A stretch of 38,884 bases of DNA from a virus (Duplodnaviria; Caudoviricetes), in IMG/VR virus record IMGVR_UViG_3300044728_000132, positions 1 through 38,884 of that record, one strand, 5' to 3'. Of the stretch, positions 33,965-38,884 are shown one piece after another (position 1 is the first letter of the stretch; each line of letters begins with the position of its first letter). The notes below the pieces were generated by a model. It saw only the letters and a program-made list of their open reading frames with translations. It ran no database searches and had not been told where the DNA came from. The translations under genes were made by a program, and so were the position numbers.

Positions 33965-34330
33965 GGGTAAAGAACCGGGTGAGCAAGTGGAGGCCCCGGT
34001 GTTAGTTCCTTGAAAACCGAGCGGAGGAAGTGGAACCCCTGAAGGGGTGGCCAGCCTCCGGTGATCTGAGCCACGCGGTGAGTCAACCCGGTGGAGTCGG
34101 ACGAGAGGTCGAGCGGGTGAGCGGTGAGAGTTCCGAACCCAGACGACAGAGTGGGGTGGTACCTGCGAAGTGTGAGCGAGCAAGGGCTGAGACGAAGAGC
34201 AGGAGCCCCAGGGATGTGCAGCCGAGGGATGGGGTGCACGTGATACCGAACCCGTAGTGATGCGGTGAGTCCGTCAAGTCAGAGCGAGTGGCTCGAACCC
34301 ACGACGCCTGATGCAACACGAGTGAAGCCC
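33965..34330 (+). ncRNA. Candidate large structured non-coding RNA or leader
   Basis: No credible ORF; purine-rich; several helices, a GNRA-capped hairpin, a long-range GAGCCAC/GTGGCTC pairing and three CGAACCC copies. Confidence 0.45.
33974..34017 (+). promoter_or_regulatory. boxB-like hairpin plus boxA-like antitermination element
   Basis: ACCGGG/CCCGGT stem (33974-34000), then GTTCCTTGAAAAC (34005-34017), similar to Gram-positive/actinobacterial rrn boxA. Confidence 0.55.
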
Positions 34331-34385
34331 TGCACCTCGGGGCATCGGCCAACGTCGGTGCCTCGCATGGAGTGCTTCACACTCC
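34331..34385 (+). promoter_or_regulatory. Two-hairpin RNA motif, copy A
   Basis: TGCACCT, 12-bp stem, CAT, then GGAGTG-CTTCA-CACTCC. Confidence 0.65.
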
Positions 34386-34389
34386 GACA

Positions 34390-34413
34390 GACCACGACCA
34401 CGACCACGACCAC
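34390..34413. repeat. (GACCAC)4 tandem repeat
   Basis: Read directly. Confidence 0.8.
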
Positions 34414-34432
34414 CCGATGGGAGCAGACCGAA

Positions 34433-34510
34433 ATGTTCCGATGCGTTCTGCACCGCCTAGCCCTGACCGTCCACCTCGTCCACCACATCGTGGTGGGCAA
34501 CCTGATCTGA
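34433..34510 (+). CDS. Possible 25-aa His-rich hydrophobic peptide
   Basis: GGGAG RBS; MFRCVLHRLALTVHLVHHIVVGNLI. Confidence 0.35.
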   Translation: MFRCVLHRLALTVHLVHHIVVGNLI

Positions 34511-34523
34511 GAGGACCACAACC

Positions 34524-34871
34524 ATGACGAACACCTACCGACTGATTGCCGAGCGAATCACCGATGTCGAGCACGACATCCGCGATAACGACCAGAACCT
34601 GCGAGCCACGCTGGCAGGCATCGTGGACTACGCCAGGAAGAACATCAGCGAGATCGACGACGGACTGCACCTGTCGACGAGCGGGGCACATCTGGCCCGT
34701 CTCGCTGCCGAGGCCGAAGGGCTGATGGCGAAGCGGATGGGGATGCACCGCGAGGTGAAGGCACTTCAGCACCTCGTCGGGCGGGCGGGGGCTCTCGATG
34801 ACGCGTTCACGGCAGAGGCCGAGGATGCCCATCGGATGATCGAGAACCGCAAGGCCGAGGAGGCACGGTGA
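34524..34871 (+). CDS. Hypothetical helical protein (early region)
   Basis: GAGAGGA RBS; 115 aa. Confidence 0.7.
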   Translation: MTNTYRLIAERITDVEHDIRDNDQNLRATLAGIVDYARKNISEIDDGLHLSTSGAHLARLAAEAEGLMAKRMGMHREVKALQHLVGRAGALDDAFTAEAEDAHRMIENRKAEEAR

Positions 34872-35035
34872 AGACCCCCCGCAAGGTGACCGCTGTACGC
34901 GGCATCGACGGCCGGTGGTACGCGAGCGGAATGCTCAGCGACGACATGGCCGTGTGGCGGGCGCTCCCCCTTCAGTCCACCGTTGACCAGCAGCGGGCCG
35001 ACGAAGAGGTCGCCCGCCTCTACCCCAACGTTTGA
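34868..35035 (+). CDS. Hypothetical protein, 55 aa (not in the ORF track)
   Basis: GGAGG RBS and GTGA overlap; MKTPRKVTAVRGIDGRWY... Confidence 0.6.
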   Translation: MKTPRKVTAVRGIDGRWYASGMLSDDMAVWRALPLQSTVDQQRADEEVARLYPNV

Positions 35036-35039
35036 GTGA

Positions 35040-35095
35040 TGCGCCTCGTGGCACGGGCCCTCGGGTCCGCGCCACGCACGGAGCACTCAGGCTCC
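35040..35095 (+). promoter_or_regulatory. Two-hairpin RNA motif, copy B
   Basis: TGCGCCT, CGTGGC...GCCACG stem, CAC, then GGAGC-ACTCAG-GCTCC. Confidence 0.7.
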
Positions 35096-35123
35096 AACCG
35101 TCACACCGACGGGATACGAAAGA

Positions 35124-35136
35124 GAGAGACCATGCC
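35124..35136 (+). promoter_or_regulatory. Start-associated sequence copy 4 (GAGAGACCATGCC)
   Basis: Read directly; ATG 35132. Confidence 0.75.
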
Positions 35137-35707
35137 CACCTACCGATTCACCATGACGTGTGGCCATATCCGCGAGGTCGAGGGCGACGAGCCCCCGTCG
35201 AGCCGAACCCCCCACTGCTACGACTGCCGCGCCGCCACGGGCAAGAAGGTCCAGAAGGCAATGCAGCTGCTCGAGGTGAGGGACGGGAAGAAGTGGACGG
35301 CGATCGACATCCCCAACCCGGCGCCCCGAGGTGAGGGACGCAAGGGTGGTGGCAAGAAGCGGGCGAGCCGCGCCGAGCGCGTGCCCACCGTCATTGCCGC
35401 GATGGACGAAGCCCGAGCACTGAAGGCCGCGAAGAAGAACGGCGGTCCGATCCCGGCAACCCCGAACCTGGACGCGGTGAACGCGGCCCACGGCATCAGC
35501 ACCGTCAACGGCGTGAAGACCGAGGAGGAGACCACCGACGAGTCAGTGTCGGTGGAGACCACCGAAGTCAAGAAGGTGACCCGGAAGCCTGCGTCGAAGC
35601 AGGCGAGCAAGGCCCCGGCGAAGGCCCCGGCCGCGAAGAAGAACGTCACCCCCATCCCGAAGGGCTCGACCCGCAAGCCTGCGAAGGCGACGGCGAAGTC
35701 CGCGTGA
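35132..35707 (+). CDS. Zn-ribbon protein with a Lys/Ala/Pro-rich (histone H1-like) tail
   Basis: CGH...CYDC; C-terminal KKVTRKPASKQASKAPAKAPAAKK... Confidence 0.7.
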   Translation: MPTYRFTMTCGHIREVEGDEPPSSRTPHCYDCRAATGKKVQKAMQLLEVRDGKKWTAIDIPNPAPRGEGRKGGGKKRASRAERVPTVIAAMDEARALKAAKKNGGPIPATPNLDAVNAAHGISTVNGVKTEEETTDESVSVETTEVKKVTRKPASKQASKAPAKAPAAKKNVTPIPKGSTRKPAKATAKSA

Positions 35708-35711
35708 TTGT

Positions 35712-35770
35712 TGCGCCTCGTGGCACCGACTCCTCGCGGGTCGGTGCCACGCACGGAGCAATCAGGCTCC
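35712..35770 (+). promoter_or_regulatory. Two-hairpin RNA motif, copy C
   Basis: TGCGCCT, 14-bp stem, CAC, then GGAGC-AATCAG-GCTCC, immediately before the RBS. Confidence 0.7.
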
Positions 35771-35781
35771 ACCGAAAAGGA

Positions 35782-35794
35782 GAGAGACCATGCC
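35782..35794 (+). promoter_or_regulatory. Start-associated sequence copy 5 (GAGAGACCATGCC, preceded by ACCGAAAAGGA)
   Basis: Read directly; ATG 35790. Confidence 0.75.
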
Positions 35795-36746
35795 CGCATA
35801 TTTCGATACCGGATTCTCAGTACGTCAGCCGATGTGGCACGGCGAAGGGCTCGTGCTCGACGACTACCCCACCGACTGGAACGACGCGCGAGTCAAGGCC
35901 GGTCTGACATGGGAGCCGGAACTCCGGCCCCTGTACCACAAGATCGGGGACGACTTCGTTGCCCTCACCGACCACCAGGTCGTCGTGCGTGACGACACGC
36001 AAGCGCCCCTCGGCCCCGTGTCCGACACGTTCGGTCTGGTCCCCAACAAAGTGATGGGCGAAGTGATCGAGGTCATCCTCGGCCTCGGCGCGAAGTTCGA
36101 GACCGCTGGCTCATGCAAGGGCGGGGCGCAGGTGTGGGCCGTTGCTTACCTCGACGAACCCGAGACCATCTGCGGTGACGACACCGAGACCTATCCGTTC
36201 ATCGCGTTCCTCAACTCCCACAACGGAGAGGGTGCGTGCAAGGTCCTCCCGACCTCAGTGCGGGTGGTGTGCTGGAACACCTACCAGGCGGCGAGCATGG
36301 AGGGTGACCGCACGGGCCGTCAGTTCGTGTTCCGCCACACCGGCGACGTCCTCGGCCGGATCGAGGAAGCGAAAGCCGCGATGGCCGGAGTGCGGGACGA
36401 GTTCAAGGCGTGGCAGGCACTGGCCGAAGAGTTGTTCGGCATGAAGATCGACGACGTGAAGTTCAACCACTTCGTTAGCGACTTCATCCCGAGCCCGCCC
36501 GAGGGCACGTACTCGGATCGGGTCCGCGACAACATCGAGGAGGCCCGCTCGATCTTCAAGCACATCTACCTCGACAGCCTGACGACCGATGGGCACCGCG
36601 GCACCGGCCTCGGCCTGGTCGACGCGGCGGTCGAGTACCTGGACCACGCCCGCGGCTATCGGAACTCCGACACCTACCTCGGCCGGACCCTCCTGCGCCC
36701 CGAGCCCCTGAAGGCGAAGGCAGTGGCACTGGTACGTGGCCTGTAG
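35790..36746 (+). CDS. DUF932 / TIGR03299-like phage protein
   Basis: WHG.G, AGL.W, VVR.D....LG.V, ETAGS..GG..VW, NSH.G, VRVVC.NT, RHT, AV.EY.DH. Confidence 0.88.
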   Translation: MPAYFDTGFSVRQPMWHGEGLVLDDYPTDWNDARVKAGLTWEPELRPLYHKIGDDFVALTDHQVVVRDDTQAPLGPVSDTFGLVPNKVMGEVIEVILGLGAKFETAGSCKGGAQVWAVAYLDEPETICGDDTETYPFIAFLNSHNGEGACKVLPTSVRVVCWNTYQAASMEGDRTGRQFVFRHTGDVLGRIEEAKAAMAGVRDEFKAWQALAEELFGMKIDDVKFNHFVSDFIPSPPEGTYSDRVRDNIEEARSIFKHIYLDSLTTDGHRGTGLGLVDAAVEYLDHARGYRNSDTYLGRTLLRPEPLKAKAVALVRGL

Positions 36747-36753
36747 TTGAGCG

Positions 36754-36786
36754 GCCCAGGGAGCGCCCCAGCGGTGCTCCCTGGGC
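36754..36786 (+). other. 14-bp intergenic hairpin
   Basis: GCCCAGGGAGCGCC-CCAGC-GGTGCTCCCTGGGC between DUF932 and the next gene. Confidence 0.65.
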
Positions 36787-36798
36787 ACCCACCATCGA

Positions 36799-36818
36799 AC
36801 CGAAGGAGAGACCATGCC
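36799..36818 (+). promoter_or_regulatory. Start-associated sequence copy 6 (ACCGAAGGAGAGACCATGCC)
   Basis: Read directly; ATG 36814. Confidence 0.75.
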
Positions 36819-36981
36819 GACACCGACCATCACCCCACCCGAGCGCGCCGTCGAACAGGTCGAACCGCTCGTGAAGTCCACCCGTCCCCCTCACCCGCTG
36901 GTCGTAGCTGCCGACGCGTTCCTCGCGGCGTGCGACCACATCATCACCGAGAACACGATCACGACCGAGCCAGGAGACTGA
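36814..36981 (+). CDS. Hypothetical protein, 55 aa (not in the ORF track)
   Basis: Begins at start-associated sequence copy 6; MPTPTITPPERAVEQ... Confidence 0.65.
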   Translation: MPTPTITPPERAVEQVEPLVKSTRPPHPLVVAADAFLAACDHIITENTITTEPGD

Positions 36982-36983
36982 CC

Positions 36984-37205
36984 ATGAGAGTGATCGTCTC
37001 GTTCGACACCGAGGATTGCCACCACGACCCGCACGACTCGACGTACGTCACGGCGTGGTTCCACTCCGCCCTCACCGACGCACTCCTGATGACGCCGACC
37101 CTGATCGACGACATCGACATCGTCTCCTTCAGTGGAGGCGAGCAAGTCTCAGCAACCGAACTCGTTGAGCAGTGGCTCACCGACCAGAAAGGACCACGAT
37201 CATGA
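36984..37205 (+). CDS. Hypothetical acidic protein, 73 aa
   Basis: AGGAG RBS before ATG 36984. Confidence 0.65.
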   Translation: MRVIVSFDTEDCHHDPHDSTYVTAWFHSALTDALLMTPTLIDDIDIVSFSGGEQVSATELVEQWLTDQKGPRS

Positions 37206-37363
37206 CCAACCTCACATCACTGGCCGACCTCCTCCTCGCCCTCCTCGCGGGCGTCGAGTGTCCGTTCGACAACAGCAAGCCCGTGCGGATGCTGCCCGCC
37301 CGCCATCCGTTCTCCGTCACCTGCGACTGCGCGGAGTGCGAGCACGTGTGGGCAGACCGATGA
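37202..37363 (+). CDS. Small zinc-ribbon protein
   Basis: GAAAGGA RBS; CP...CAECEHVW. Confidence 0.6.
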   Translation: MTNLTSLADLLLALLAGVECPFDNSKPVRMLPARHPFSVTCDCAECEHVWADR

Positions 37364-37518
37364 GCGGATGGTGGTCAGAGCGAGGCGCCCCGCACACCAC
37401 GCTGCGCCTCGTCCCCGATGTCCCCGCGCCGTACGACTGGCAGGACGACCCCGAACTCCGACGCACGGACCCCCCGCTTGAGGGATGGGCAGAGACGAGG
37501 GACGGTGACCCGTTCTAA
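37360..37518 (+). CDS. Hypothetical protein, 52 aa
   Basis: ATGA overlap; P.PYDW.DD motif. Confidence 0.5.
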   Translation: MSGWWSERGAPHTTLRLVPDVPAPYDWQDDPELRRTDPPLEGWAETRDGDPF

Positions 37519-37703
37519 TGAGCATCTGGCGTCCCACCATCAAGAAGACGATCAGCGGGCACGCGACCAGCGTGAACGTCACCGACGTCATGGGCCAGAA
37601 GTGGCTGCACGTCGCGGTGCTCTGCGACGACGACACGGCCGATCTGCTCGCTGGCGACAACGAGTCGCGAGTCACCATCCGAGTCGATGAGCGAATCGAA
37701 TGA
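37518..37703 (+). CDS. Hypothetical protein, 61 aa
   Basis: TAATG overlap. Confidence 0.55.
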   Translation: MSIWRPTIKKTISGHATSVNVTDVMGQKWLHVAVLCDDDTADLLAGDNESRVTIRVDERIE

Positions 37704-37927
37704 TCGATGTCCGCACCACCGAGGAGATCCTCTGGGGGTCCGTCGTGGGCGACCTCGCCGTGGTCCGCGATCCCCGCGACTCCATGTGGCGAGTGATCGC
37801 CTACTGCCCGACCCTCGTCCCCACCATCCGCGTCGTGTGGGAGCCCAACCTGTTCCACCTCGACGAGACCAACACCCACGCCGCCGCCCACGCGGCGAGC
37901 GTCCGACTAGAAGGGACCAGACCATGA
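37700..37927 (+). CDS. Hypothetical protein, 75 aa
   Basis: ATGA overlaps. Confidence 0.55.
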   Translation: MIDVRTTEEILWGSVVGDLAVVRDPRDSMWRVIAYCPTLVPTIRVVWEPNLFHLDETNTHAAAHAASVRLEGTRP

Positions 37928-38379
37928 CCACGCTCAACGACTGGCTCGAAGTCCGCAACGGCTATGTAGCCGTCCGGCACATCGTCGCCCTCACCCCGAT
38001 CCAAGTCGCGGGAGGGTGGCAGGTCCGAGTGACCACCGTCGACGGGACCCAACATCACCTGTTCGACACCGAGGCAACCCGCGAGGAGGCACGAGCAACC
38101 GCCCTCCGGACGGCACGCATCATCGCCGGGGAAGCACTCGAGAAGTCCGACCGACTCCGCGAAGCCGAAGCACGATTCGAGGCGGACCGCCTCCCGAACG
38201 GGATGCGCCCATCCGAGTACGCGATGACCCTCGCCGCCGAAGCCCGCGACCTCCGCAAGGTCCACGCCCTCGCGGCGGACGGCAAGACACCCCGTCAGAT
38301 CATCAAAGCGACGGGCCTCTCACCCGCGAAGGTCACCGAATACCTGGCCATCCCCACCGACGAGGAGGTCACGTCATGA
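37924..38379 (+). CDS. Hypothetical protein with a C-terminal HTH
   Basis: AAGGGA RBS; L.ADGKTPRQIIKATGLS..KV.EYL. Confidence 0.65.
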   Translation: MTTLNDWLEVRNGYVAVRHIVALTPIQVAGGWQVRVTTVDGTQHHLFDTEATREEARATALRTARIIAGEALEKSDRLREAEARFEADRLPNGMRPSEYAMTLAAEARDLRKVHALAADGKTPRQIIKATGLSPAKVTEYLAIPTDEEVTS

Positions 38380-38398
38380 CAACGAAGGCGGGTCTCTC

Positions 38399-38716
38399 AT
38401 GAGAATCAGATTCGGTCCCGCCGCTCGGCTAATGGTCATCGAGTCGGGCTGGCGCGACGACCAGCCCGACTTCTTCGAGGAGTACGTCCGAGGGAACCTC
38501 TCCGCTCGCGGAGCCGTCGACCTCCTCTGGTATCTCGACTCACGCGTCGAGGTCCTCGAATCCATGAGTTACGAAGAGCGAGGAGGAAGCGCGGGTTACT
38601 CGGAACTTCAGGTCGCTCGACGCGCTCGTCGAGCCGTCGCCCGCGCCCTCGTCGCCGCTGATCTTCAGTACCTCCCCGCGACGACCGCGAGGTCCTGTCA
38701 GGAGTGGTCAGCATGA
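38399..38716 (+). CDS. Hypothetical protein, 105 aa
   Basis: ORF in line with the operon; codon usage somewhat atypical. Confidence 0.5.
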   Translation: MRIRFGPAARLMVIESGWRDDQPDFFEEYVRGNLSARGAVDLLWYLDSRVEVLESMSYEERGGSAGYSELQVARRARRAVARALVAADLQYLPATTARSCQEWSA

Positions 38717-38783
38717 TCGACGCAGCACGAGCCACCCACACCACCTAAGAACCCCCACTCACCCACCCGCTCGACGCGAACCC

Positions 38784-38829
38784 GATGCCCCGCCCGCCAG
38801 GCCCCCACCGGCCCAGCGGGCGGGGCATC
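38784..38829 (+). terminator. Strong GC-rich hairpin (possible terminator or processing site)
   Basis: Perfect 14-bp GATGCCCCGCCCGC/GCGGGCGGGGCATC after the last ORF; no U-tract. Confidence 0.5.
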
Positions 38830-38884
38830 CTCGCGTCCCCAGCCAGCCCCACGAGCCGCCCAGGCGCCCCCCCTCCGCCCCCGC

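Noticed and set aside
34125-34305. tRNA-like T-loop signals (CGAACCC)
   Set aside because: No cloverleaf, acceptor stem or GTTCRA consensus could be built.
1-38884. Integrase, repressor, reverse transcriptase/DGR, transposase or intron
   Set aside because: No motifs for any of these were seen; lifestyle cannot be determined from this window.

Overview
A high-GC fragment of a tailed (siphovirus-type) actinobacterial phage; every credible gene is on the + strand. The host may be in the Acidimicrobiia, which is inference only. From left to right: (1) late/virion region, 1-20.3 kb: Thr-rich, lectin-like and repeat-rich appendage proteins, a sigma-like gene, a head-tail adaptor, a glycan-modification cassette (glycosyltransferases, methyltransferases, PIG-L deacetylase) containing an LPXTG-anchored mucin-like protein, neck/tail genes, tail chaperone with a probable -1 frameshift, tape measure and minor tail proteins; (2) endolysin and holin; (3) recombination/replication module: Gam-like protein, Sak4-like ATPase, HTH initiator with internal iterons, DnaC-like loader, HNH, VRR-NUC and SF2 helicase; (4) a DNA base-modification operon: ParB-like, DpdA/TGT-like, DUF3050 heme-oxygenase-like, FolE, small ORF and LOG/SLOG, with no QueD/QueE/QueC; (5) a ~600-bp structured non-coding leader with a boxA-like site, followed by small early-type genes. 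The two strongest leads are (a) a hairpin small RNA after the holin whose loop is exactly antisense to a start-associated sequence (GAGAGACCATGCC) at six gene starts across the window, and (b) the non-canonical DpdA-FolE-diiron oxidase-LOG operon, which suggests an undescribed modified base. All product calls come from reading motifs by eye; no database search was run.
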